Shown here: in pieces, positions 47,018-55,566 of the stretch
How positions within the stretch are numbered: position 1 is the first letter of the stretch
Layout: the number at the start of each line of letters is the position of its first letter
Source: Thermoplasmata archaeon
GTDB lineage: Archaea; Thermoplasmatota; Thermoplasmata; Lutacidiplasmatales; UBA184
Assembly: GCA_022750375.1 (NCBI GenBank)
Contig: JAKIVU010000002.1
Location: 38,946 to 102,945, forward strand
Length of the DNA stretch: 64,000 nucleotides
Direction: 5' to 3'
The notes under the pieces: model-generated
What the model was told of the DNA's origin: nothing
Database searches by the model: none
What the model saw: the letters and a program-made list of their open reading frames with translations, nothing else
Position numbers and translations under genes: made by a program

Positions 47018-48054
47018 CCCGCGCCCGCGGGGACGGCGGACGCCGGTGTGCCCCGGGACCCACTGTACCGTCGCCAGAGGGAGTAGAAGAACATCACGAA
47101 CAGCACGTCCGCGACAAGCACGATCGGAATCAGGATCTGGGCGATGAGGCCAAAGAGGAATATCGGCGCCAGCGCCCCGAGCGCGAGCATCACGAGCTGC
47201 GCTTCGTTGTGGGACCTCCCGACGCCGCGGCGGACGGCGAAGAACAGGGCACCGGAGATCGCGATCTCGAGCACTCCCACCGCCGGAGCGCCGAGCGGGG
47301 TGTGCTCGCCGATCCCGGGCACGAGCACGATGATCGGGTACCACACGAGTCCGAGCAGGAAACAAAGCGGTGGCCCGTAGCGCGGTCCTTCCGAGGTCGG
47401 GTCAAGTAAGTTCGCCGGAAGCCGGTAGGCGAGGTACGCGAGTCCCAGTGCGACCAGCACTCCCAGCACCTCGAGCAACCCGCCGACGGGGTAGTAGTGC
47501 TCGATGGCGGCGAGCACTGCGATGTCGACGACGAAGATCGCGAGGGCCACCCCCACCTGTCCGTTCGTGAGGAGCGGACGTCCGCGAGTTTCGGGGAGTG
47601 CGAGCCCGAGCAGTAGGATCGGGAGCCCGATGCTGAGCACGACGTGGATCTGGAGGACGCCGATCACCCAGACCCAGTTGACTCCGAGATAGTGGCCGTA
47701 GGAGCCGAGGCCCCCGACGACCGACGCTTTCGGATTGAAGAGCGTGGTGAGGCCGGTCCCCTCCTCGAGTATACCGTATCCGGCCCCGAGCGCCAGGACG
47801 GCCGCCCAGCTTTTTCTCCACCGAACGAGCGCCTCGCGGATCAGGAGTACGCCCGGCCCATAGAGACCGAGATTCAGGGCGAGGAAGAGGAGGAACACCG
47901 GCAGGTACGCGACGATCCCTTCGAAGGAGGACGACCCCGAGAGGTACTCGGGGATCCCGGGGGAGAGGCAGAGCAGGAAGAGCACCGGATGGCGGCGGAA
48001 GAAAGCGACAAACTTCGGGAACGGCGTCGCCGGAGCGACGGACGGGAGGCTCAC
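47014..48054 (-). CDS. Hypothetical polytopic membrane protein
   Basis: LSPGIPEYLSGSS...LYGPGVLLIRE...YGILEEG; about ten TM segments; GTG start at 48054 chosen. Confidence 0.7.
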   Translation of the reverse strand: MSLPSVAPATPFPKFVAFFRRHPVLFLLCLSPGIPEYLSGSSSFEGIVAYLPVFLLFLALNLGLYGPGVLLIREALVRWRKSWAAVLALGAGYGILEEGTGLTTLFNPKASVVGGLGSYGHYLGVNWVWVIGVLQIHVVLSIGLPILLLGLALPETRGRPLLTNGQVGVALAIFVVDIAVLAAIEHYYPVGGLLEVLGVLVALGLAYLAYRLPANLLDPTSEGPRYGPPLCFLLGLVWYPIIVLVPGIGEHTPLGAPAVGVLEIAISGALFFAVRRGVGRSHNEAQLVMLALGALAPIFLFGLIAQILIPIVLVADVLFVMFFYSLWRRYSGSRGTPASAVPAGAG

Positions 48055-48191
48055 GGGCCCGTCGTGGTCGAACGACCTACATAGACCCGCGTCACCGGCG
48101 GAAAAATCGAATGAGTTCTTCCGGAGGAACGGCTTGTGCGCTTCGAGCGACGCGTTCCGACGCCGTCGGAGCACGGCTCCGACCGAGTACA

Positions 48192-48198
48192 CTTATAC
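48192..48198 (+). promoter_or_regulatory. Probable TATA box of nrdJ
   Basis: CTTATAC, the clearest TATA-like word upstream of nrdJ, about 205 nt above the ATG. Confidence 0.5.
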
Positions 48199-48212
48199 CA
48201 CCTCGCACTAAG

Positions 48213-48401
48213 CGCCAGCCGGAGGAACTCGACGGGTGTCCCGAGCGGCACCGGCTGCGTCCCATTCCACCGCCGGCCGGCGGGAAACGGCCCCACTTCG
48301 GGGGCGTTTCGCGAACTGGCCCGCAGTGGAATAGGCTCACCCGGTGATCTCGTCTCGACCCGGACCATCTCGGTCGGGTCCTCTTGAAGGAGTGAGCCTC
48401 A
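48213..48401 (+). ncRNA. Structured 5' leader of nrdJ (candidate cis-regulatory RNA)
   Basis: Nested perfect stems CAGCCGG/CCGGCTG, ATTCCAC/GTGGAAT, GAAACG/CGTTTC and AGGCTCAC/GTGAGCCT; the last covers the SD sequence. Confidence 0.55.
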
Positions 48402-51188
48402 ATGGCCGTCGCACGAAAACGCCCTACCGCCGCCTCCGAGGAGCCGGTCGCACGACCGTCCGCCCGGATCGGGAGAGAACCGATTCCCGTCTCGCGCCTC
48501 GTCCCCCGCGGCAAGACCGCGTTCGACACCGTACAGTGGCGGAGCCACGACGCGGTGATCAAGAACGCCGAAGGGAGCGTCATCTTCGAGCAGAAAGGGA
48601 TCCGGGCCCCGGTCTCCTGGTCGGAGACGAGCGTCAACATCGCCGCGTCCAAGTACTTCCGGATCATCCAGGGTCGGCGGGAGACCGCGATCGACGGGAT
48701 GATCCGTCGGGTCTGTCACTGGATCTCCCAGAAAGGGGTCGAGCTCGGCTACATCGACACCTCGGACGAAGCGACGACGTTCGAGGAGAGCCTCGCCTAT
48801 CTCATGGTGCAGCAGATGGCGGCGTTCAACAGCCCCGTCTGGTTCAACGTCGGGGTACGGGAACCGCCCCAGTGCTCCGCCTGCTTCATCCAATCGGTCG
48901 CCGACGACATGGATTCGATCCTCGCCCTCGCGACCAGCGAGGGCCGACTGTTCAAGGGCGGCAGCGGGACGGGCTCGAACCTCTCCTCGCTGCGCGGCAG
49001 CAAGGAGAAGCTCGCGGGCGGCGGCATCGCGAGCGGTCCGGTCTCGTTCATGCGGGCGTTCGACGCCCTCGCGGGCGTCATCAAATCCGGCGGCACGACG
49101 CGCCGGGCGGCGAAGATGGTCATCCTCAACATGGACCACCCGGACATCCAGGATTTCATCGACTGCAAGGTCCGGGAAGAGGACAAGGCGCTCGCGCTCA
49201 TCCGCGAGGGATACTCCTCCAACTTCGACGGCACCGACCCCGACTCGGCGTACGCCTCCATCGCCTACCAGAACGCGAACCACTCCGTGCGGATCCCCGA
49301 CTCGTTCATGGAGGCGGTCATCCGGGACGGCGAGTGGAAGACGACCAACCGGACCGACCACACGGTCGCCGGTGCGTTCCGGGCGCGGGAGCTCTGGCGC
49401 AAGCTCGCCTACGCGGCGTGGCGGTGCGGCGACCCCGGCGTGCAGTTCGACGACATCACGAACGATTGGCACACCTGCTCGATGACCGGCCGGATCAACG
49501 CGTCCAACCCGTGCAGCGAGTACCTGTTCCTGGACGACACGGCCTGCAACCTCGCGTCGATCAACCTGATGAAGTTCCTCGACCCGAAGGGGCTCCTGGA
49601 CGTCGAGATGTACCGGCAGGCGGTCCGGACGATGATCCTCGCGATGGAGATCCTCGTCGACGCCTCCAGCTATCCGACCCCGTCGATCGCGCAGAACTCG
49701 CACGACTTCCGGCCGCTCGGTCTCGGCTACGCGAACCTGGGCTCGCTCCTGATGCACTACGGCCTCGCCTACGATTCGGATGCCGGCCGGACGCTCGCCG
49801 CCGCGGTCTCGGCGTTCCTCTCGGCGGAAGGGTACCACATGTCGAGCGAGATCGCGAAGCGCATGGGTCCGTTCGCCGGCTTCGAGAAGAACCGTACCCC
49901 GATGCTGCGCGTGATGGGCAAGCACGCGAAGTCGGCCGAGCAGATCCCGATCAACGATGCGCGCCTCACCGGATTCGTCCAGGCGGCGATCGACCGCTGG
50001 CACGACACCGCGAAGGCCGGCGAGCTCTGGGGCTACCGGAACGCGCAGATCTCCGTGATCGCGCCGACGGGAACGATCGGCCTCCTGATGGGCTGCGACA
50101 CGCTCGGGCTCGAACCCGAGCTCTCGCTCGTGAAGACCAAGAACCTGGTCGGCGGCGGGGTGATCCGGATGGTCAACCGCACCGTGCCGGACGGGCTCTC
50201 GAGCCTCGGCTACACTCCGGACGAGATCCGCGCGGTCACCCAGCACGTCGAGAAGACCGGCGCGATCGAAGGCGCCCCGATCCTCAAGCCCGCGGACCTC
50301 CCGGTCTTCGACTGCGCGCTCGCGCCCGCCGGGAGCACGCGGACGATCCCGCCCATGGGCCACCTGAAAATGCTCGCGTCGGTCCAGCCGTTCCTCTCCG
50401 GCGGGGCGTCCAAGACGATCAACCTCCCGAACGAGGCGACGGTCGAGGACATCGAGAAGATCTACCTCGAGGCGTGGCGCCACGGCATCAAGTCGGTCGC
50501 GCTCTACCGCGACGGCTGCAAGGCGAGCCAACCGTTCGAGACCGGCAAGGGACGGGCCGGCGCGCCCGGCGGCCCGCGCGGGCCGACCCGCGAACGCCTG
50601 CCGGACGAGCGGGACGCGCTCACGCACCATTTCTCGGTCGGAGGGCACGACGGCTACGTCACGGTCGGGCTCTATCCCGATGGCCGCCCGGGCGAGATCT
50701 TCTTCCGCGTCACGAAGGAAGGCTCGACCGTCAACGGCCTCATGGACTCGCTCGGGATCTCGATGTCGATGGCGCTCCAGCACGGAGTGCCGTTGAAGGA
50801 CCTCGTGCGGAAGCTCGCGCACCTTCGGTTCGAGCCGGCGGGAGCGACCAACAACCCGAAGATCCGGTTCGCGAAATCGATCCCCGACTACGTCGCGCGC
50901 TGGCTCGCGATCGAGTTCCTCACGGAGGACGAGCGCCGGTCGATCGGCCTCGAAGGCCCCGCCGCCGAACCGAACGGGAACGGCCACGGGACGTCCGCCG
51001 CCACGAAACCGTCCGCCCCGGGACAGACCGTGAAGTTCGAGACCCGCGTCCTCGACACGTTCTCGGGCGAGCCGCAGGGGGGCGTCAGCGAAGACTCCCC
51101 GTCGTGCGCGATCTGCGGCGGGATCATGGTCCGGTCGGGCACCTGCTACGCGTGCACGGTCTGCGGGTCGACGAGCGGCTGCTCGTAG
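48402..51188 (+). CDS. nrdJ: Vitamin B12-dependent (class II) ribonucleotide reductase
   Basis: FNSPVWFN, CSACFI, SNPCSEY, ACNLASINL, IAPTGT, SKTIN, YRDG; C-terminal TSCPD-like region and CxxC...CxxC...GCS tail; no ATP cone evident. Confidence 0.95.
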   Translation: MAVARKRPTAASEEPVARPSARIGREPIPVSRLVPRGKTAFDTVQWRSHDAVIKNAEGSVIFEQKGIRAPVSWSETSVNIAASKYFRIIQGRRETAIDGMIRRVCHWISQKGVELGYIDTSDEATTFEESLAYLMVQQMAAFNSPVWFNVGVREPPQCSACFIQSVADDMDSILALATSEGRLFKGGSGTGSNLSSLRGSKEKLAGGGIASGPVSFMRAFDALAGVIKSGGTTRRAAKMVILNMDHPDIQDFIDCKVREEDKALALIREGYSSNFDGTDPDSAYASIAYQNANHSVRIPDSFMEAVIRDGEWKTTNRTDHTVAGAFRARELWRKLAYAAWRCGDPGVQFDDITNDWHTCSMTGRINASNPCSEYLFLDDTACNLASINLMKFLDPKGLLDVEMYRQAVRTMILAMEILVDASSYPTPSIAQNSHDFRPLGLGYANLGSLLMHYGLAYDSDAGRTLAAAVSAFLSAEGYHMSSEIAKRMGPFAGFEKNRTPMLRVMGKHAKSAEQIPINDARLTGFVQAAIDRWHDTAKAGELWGYRNAQISVIAPTGTIGLLMGCDTLGLEPELSLVKTKNLVGGGVIRMVNRTVPDGLSSLGYTPDEIRAVTQHVEKTGAIEGAPILKPADLPVFDCALAPAGSTRTIPPMGHLKMLASVQPFLSGGASKTINLPNEATVEDIEKIYLEAWRHGIKSVALYRDGCKASQPFETGKGRAGAPGGPRGPTRERLPDERDALTHHFSVGGHDGYVTVGLYPDGRPGEIFFRVTKEGSTVNGLMDSLGISMSMALQHGVPLKDLVRKLAHLRFEPAGATNNPKIRFAKSIPDYVARWLAIEFLTEDERRSIGLEGPAAEPNGNGHGTSAATKPSAPGQTVKFETRVLDTFSGEPQGGVSEDSPSCAICGGIMVRSGTCYACTVCGSTSGCS

Positions 51189-51219
51189 GCGCTCCGCGCG
51201 CCGAACGGCGCAACCCTTT

Positions 51220-52797
51220 CTACAGCCGGCCCGCCGAGACGGGGGGCGCGGCGTCCTTCTCGGGCGCGAGGCTCGGCGCACCGCTCTGCTGACCGGAGCG
51301 GCTCCCGTCCGCGAGGAACCGGAAGTTCCGGAGCCCGAGCGAGAGAAGCGCGCCGATCATCCCGAACGCGGCGACGATCCCGAAGACGAACTCGTAGCCG
51401 ACGACGTGGTAGTTCTGGAACGACCCGAACGGGGTGACGATCGTGAAGGCGTAGCTCGCGAGGATCGAGGTGACGAGGACCGGTCCGATCGCCGAGCCGA
51501 GGTTCCGGAACGTCTGGTTCATGCCGGTCTGGACCCCCATCGTCCGCGGGTCGACCGAGAGGACGATGACGTTCGTCATCGCGATCAGGACCGCGACGTT
51601 GCCGACCATGATCGGGACCGCGAGCACCGCGATGTCGTAGATCGACCGGTTGAACGTGACGAGCCCGAGCGCCCCCACGATGATCAGGACGAAGCCGAGG
51701 ATCATGATCGGCTTCGGACCGTAGGCGCCGATCGCCCGCCCGAGGAACGGGCCGGTGATCATCATGCCGAACACGGCGGGAATGAAGACGAGCGCCGCGG
51801 TGAGCTCGCTCAGGCCGTAGCCCGGCGACGGGTATTCCCCGAGGATGATCAGGACGGTGAACAGGAGGAACATCGTCATTCCGACGAACACTCCGTTCAC
51901 GTTCGAGATCCAGATGTTCCGCTCCTTCAACGACTGGAACGAGACGACCGGGCTCGACGCGCGGGGCTCCCAGAAGAGGAAGAACGCGAACGCGAGGAGC
52001 GAGAGCAGCAGGAACTCCGGCACGCCCCAGGGGAGACCGTGGAACGTGACCGCCGAGACGGTCGTCCATCCCCAGTACGCTCCCTCCGTGATGCCGAGCA
52101 TCAGGAAGGCGAGGCCGGCGCCGAGGCTCACGATGCCGGGGAAATCGATCTTTCGCTGGAGTCGGATCTGGGATTCGCGGATGAAGACGGCCGCCAGAAT
52201 GAACACGAGGATCGCGACCGGGATGACCGTGTGGTAGGTCAGCTGCCAGCCGTACGTCTGGGCGATCCAACCCCCGCCGACGAGACCCGCCGCGGCGCCC
52301 GTCGCGAACATCCCGGAGAGGAGTCCCTGCGCCTGCCCGACCCGGGCGGGCGGAAAGACCTCGGGGAGCATCGCGAATCCGAGGGGGAACATCGCCATCC
52401 CGACGCCCTGCACCGCACGCACCGCGATCAGCACGTAGATCTGGTCCGGACGGCTCACGCCGAAGGCGCCACCGATCTGGGGAGTGAACCCCGCAATGCT
52501 CACGGCGACGGCGTAGACGCCCATCGCCACGAGGAGGACCCGCTTCTTCCCGTAGATGTCGCCGAGCTTGCCGAAGATCGGTGTCACGACGACGCCGACG
52601 AGCAGGTAGGCGGAGAGGATCCAAGCGATCGTGCTCGAGTCGTAGACGTGGAAGAACGATTCGAAATTGCTGAACGCCGGCAACACCATCGTCTCGACGT
52701 AGGTGACCATGATGGCCATCCCCGCGAGGATCAACAGGACCGTCGTGGCGTACCGGGAGTCGTAGACCCTCGGTGCGGTCGGGTTCGCGGTGCTCAT
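51220..52797 (-). CDS. MFS transporter (14-TM DHA2-like)
   Basis: WILSAYLL, GKLGDIYGKKR motif A, RAVQGVG; ATG overlaps the marR stop. Confidence 0.9.
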   Translation of the reverse strand: MSTANPTAPRVYDSRYATTVLLILAGMAIMVTYVETMVLPAFSNFESFFHVYDSSTIAWILSAYLLVGVVVTPIFGKLGDIYGKKRVLLVAMGVYAVAVSIAGFTPQIGGAFGVSRPDQIYVLIAVRAVQGVGMAMFPLGFAMLPEVFPPARVGQAQGLLSGMFATGAAAGLVGGGWIAQTYGWQLTYHTVIPVAILVFILAAVFIRESQIRLQRKIDFPGIVSLGAGLAFLMLGITEGAYWGWTTVSAVTFHGLPWGVPEFLLLSLLAFAFFLFWEPRASSPVVSFQSLKERNIWISNVNGVFVGMTMFLLFTVLIILGEYPSPGYGLSELTAALVFIPAVFGMMITGPFLGRAIGAYGPKPIMILGFVLIIVGALGLVTFNRSIYDIAVLAVPIMVGNVAVLIAMTNVIVLSVDPRTMGVQTGMNQTFRNLGSAIGPVLVTSILASYAFTIVTPFGSFQNYHVVGYEFVFGIVAAFGMIGALLSLGLRNFRFLADGSRSGQQSGAPSLAPEKDAAPPVSAGRL

Positions 52798-53282
52798 GCG
52801 CCGACTCCCGGGCGGCCGCCCGTCGCGTCGAGGTGGCGGTTCAATTCTCGAAAGACGCGGACCGCGGTCGTGACGTCCTCGGCCGGCAACTCGGCGGCGG
52901 CGTCCGCCATCATCCGACCGATCCGGCCCCACAGGCGGGCCTCGACCCGGCGCCCCTTCGGCGTCAGCGTGAGCACCACGGCGCGGCGGTCCCGCACCGA
53001 CCGTTGGCGCGTGAGCAGGCCGGCGCGCTCCAGGTCATCGACCTTCGCACAGACCGTCGGGGCCGACACCGAGAGGTACCGCGCCACGGTGGTCAGCGAC
53101 GCCGATTGAAGGCTCGACACGAGGTGCATCGCCCAGAACTGTCCCATCGTGATCCCTTCGGCCTCGAGGGCGGGGTGGGACCGGCGGAGGACCGATTGCA
53201 TGACCCCGTGCACCGCCGCGACGAGCTGGTCGGCGTCGCCGGGGGATGCGTCTCGTCGAGCAAGGGCAGCGGTCGCGACCAT
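52794..53282 (-). CDS. MarR family transcriptional regulator
   Basis: GIT..QF, V..LERAGLL.R..S..DRR...L.LT.KG. Confidence 0.92.
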   Translation of the reverse strand: MVATAALARRDASPGDADQLVAAVHGVMQSVLRRSHPALEAEGITMGQFWAMHLVSSLQSASLTTVARYLSVSAPTVCAKVDDLERAGLLTRQRSVRDRRAVVLTLTPKGRRVEARLWGRIGRMMADAAAELPAEDVTTAVRVFRELNRHLDATGGRPGVGA

Positions 53283-53289
53283 GAGGACT

Positions 53290-53326
53290 CCTAAGTATTA
53301 GGACTCCTAATGATTAGAGCATATAA
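53290..53326 (-). promoter_or_regulatory. marR promoter with tandem palindromic operators
   Basis: CCTAAGTATTAGG (53290-53302) and CTAATGATTAG (53307-53317) lie between the TTATAT box (53321-53326, minus strand) and the start codon. Confidence 0.7.
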
Positions 53327-53338
53327 CGATTCCGAGGG

Positions 53339-53746
53339 CTAGGCGAGCGCGTACCGCGCGAGCTCCACGAGGTCCGTAAGGCGGGGCCGGGAGTCGGTCG
53401 GGACGGCGACCCCGCCCCAGGCGGCGACGATCGCCCCCGACGGGAAGGCGGCGTCCGTGCCGGCGTTCTGCGCTCCGAGCGCCGACGGCGGGCCGCGACG
53501 GTCGACCTCGAGCACGACCACCAGCGCGCCGACCGGACCCGAATCGACCGCGAGTCCGGCCCGGGGCCCGGTCCCCCACTCCTCGACCCGCGCCTCCTCG
53601 TCGTTCAGGTGGGCGATCCGGGCCCGTCGGCCCGCGGGCCGCTTGCCTCCTTTCGGCGCGGGCCGCCAGGCGATGCGGCCGCCGGCGTCCCGGTACCGGG
53701 CCAACAGCCCGGCGTCGATCCGCAACGGCTCGGCCGAGGCGGTCAC
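53339..53746 (-). CDS. Hypothetical protein
   Basis: GTG start overlaps the stop of the upstream TIGR02757-like gene and the ORF fills the gap to the marR promoter. Confidence 0.5.
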   Translation of the reverse strand: MTASAEPLRIDAGLLARYRDAGGRIAWRPAPKGGKRPAGRRARIAHLNDEEARVEEWGTGPRAGLAVDSGPVGALVVVLEVDRRGPPSALGAQNAGTDAAFPSGAIVAAWGGVAVPTDSRPRLTDLVELARYALA

Positions 53747-54630
53747 GCCGCCACCTTCCGCCCCCGCCACAGGAGGCAGTCCGGGCGGACCGAGCACGGG
53801 CCACAGATGGCGAGATCCCGTTCCTTCGGGCAGTCGCCGGAGATGCCCGTGTGGCAGAGCACGAAGTCGTATCGGACCGGGTCGATCGGGTCGATCCGGC
53901 GCAGCGCCTCGCTCACTTCCTCGACCGCGTCCCAGGAGCGCGTGCGTCGTGCGGTGAGACCGAGGTGGTAGGCGATCCAGTAGACGTGCTGGTCGAGCGG
54001 GACCCGCAGTTCCCCCGTGGGGACCTTCGTCCAGTACCCGAGGTCGGGGTACCGGCCCCGTACCATCCATCGGACGAACAGCGTGAGGCGCTTGCACGGA
54101 CTGCCGGACCGTTCGAGCGGACTGGGAAACAACGCGCGATACCCGGCCGGCGCTCGCCCCAGGTTCCGCGAACGCCCGGTGCCCCGCAGCACCGACGAGA
54201 GGCGGTCGAGCCCGCCGGCGAACCCGCCGGCCGACGACCCCTCGAGGAACGCCTCCTCCAGCGATCGGTGGCCCGCGTAATAGTCCGTGAGCACTCGAAA
54301 GAGGTGGTCGAGTTGATCCCCCCGGATCCACCGGTGACGGAACGCGAGGAGACGTGCACGGCGCTCCGTCGCGTGGACCGGGTCGACCAGCCAGCCGACG
54401 TCCCCGCCCGCGAGCGCGGCGACGCGGCCGATCGCGCCGCGGATGGCGGTCGTGTTCCCGATCGCCAGCGTAGCGCCCAGGATCCCGGCGACCTCCCCTC
54501 GACGGGCATCCGTGGCGAGCGGCCGGATCGAGGAGATCGGGTCGTCCGCGAAGGACCGGTCGAACGCGAACCGCCCGTAGAGCTGCTCGAGATGCTGCGG
54601 GAGCTCAGGGGTCGGACGGTGGGAGCGCAT
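53743..54630 (-). CDS. TIGR02757/DUF2400 family protein (HhH-GPD-like, C-terminal Cys cluster)
   Basis: DP, HRW, SPCKRLTLFVRWMVR, DLG.W, VPLDQHV, DPVRYDF.LCH.G...C......C..C.....C. Confidence 0.85.
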   Translation of the reverse strand: MRSHRPTPELPQHLEQLYGRFAFDRSFADDPISSIRPLATDARRGEVAGILGATLAIGNTTAIRGAIGRVAALAGGDVGWLVDPVHATERRARLLAFRHRWIRGDQLDHLFRVLTDYYAGHRSLEEAFLEGSSAGGFAGGLDRLSSVLRGTGRSRNLGRAPAGYRALFPSPLERSGSPCKRLTLFVRWMVRGRYPDLGYWTKVPTGELRVPLDQHVYWIAYHLGLTARRTRSWDAVEEVSEALRRIDPIDPVRYDFVLCHTGISGDCPKERDLAICGPCSVRPDCLLWRGRKVAA

Positions 54631-54727
54631 CGGAGCGGACGACCGCGGGGGCGAATTTACGCTTGCTCGCTGCCGCGGGGGCGGCGGACACTGCCGATAA
54701 CTAGACCGACGTCCTCGCTCGTGGAAG

Positions 54728-55522
54728 ATGCCCGAGCCGGTCGTGCTGCGTCCGACCATCGACCGGCCCTGGCTCGAACGGGCGGCCGCCGCCGACCCGA
54801 TCGCCCACGCCCTCGCTCTCTGGGACCTCGACCACTATCCGGACCGGATCCGATTCGTCTCGGCGGTCCGGGGGGAGGAGACGGTCGGCTACCTCCTCGT
54901 CTGGCTGGGCCATCCGACGATCCCAATCGCCCACTGGTTTGGTCCGAGCGCGGACGCACCGGGCCTCGCGGAAGGTCTCCCGCCTCGCCCCCTCGTCGCC
55001 ATCGCACCGGAAGAAGTGAGCCTCGACATCGCTCGAGCCCGGGGTCCGGTGACACGCCACGGCCTGTTGCTCTACGTCGTCGAGCGCGGGGTCGCCCGGG
55101 CCGTCGCGGGACCGTCCGAGGGGGTCCGCAGGCTCACGCGCGTCGACCGTCCGGCGCTGGTCGCCCTCGCCTCGCGTCGGGGCGACCTGGTCGTCTCGGA
55201 GTACTCGCACATCGACCCCGAACAGGAGGCGATCTGGGGATCGTTCGAAGGAGGACGGCTGCGGGCGGTCGCGCGCGCGGTGGTCCGACTTCCGAACCTG
55301 TGGCTGCTGGGAGGCGTCTACGTCGACCCGAGCGCTCGGGGGAAGGGCCTGGGGGTGGCGGTCGTGGGGGCGGCGCTGGAAGCGGGAGTGCGAGAGGGCG
55401 CGACGGTCGCGCTGTATGTTCGGGCCGACCGTGCGGCCGCGCGGTCCGTCTACGAGCGTGCCGGTTTTCAGCTCCGCGGCCAACGCGTCTGGCTCGACGC
55501 GGGGGCCGGGCTCGAACCCTGA
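54728..55522 (+). CDS. GNAT N-acetyltransferase (FR47-like)
   Basis: GGVYVDPSARGKGLG...AARSVYERAGF. Confidence 0.85.
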   Translation: MPEPVVLRPTIDRPWLERAAAADPIAHALALWDLDHYPDRIRFVSAVRGEETVGYLLVWLGHPTIPIAHWFGPSADAPGLAEGLPPRPLVAIAPEEVSLDIARARGPVTRHGLLLYVVERGVARAVAGPSEGVRRLTRVDRPALVALASRRGDLVVSEYSHIDPEQEAIWGSFEGGRLRAVARAVVRLPNLWLLGGVYVDPSARGKGLGVAVVGAALEAGVREGATVALYVRADRAAARSVYERAGFQLRGQRVWLDAGAGLEP

Positions 55523-55566
55523 CCCCGAAGACCCCTAAACCCTGATGCGTTCCCGCCCGGCAACCG

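Noticed and set aside
48264..48332. Cloverleaf-like fold resembling a tRNA
   Set aside because: No GTTC T-loop, no D-loop GG and no 7-nt anticodon loop; treated as part of the nrdJ leader.
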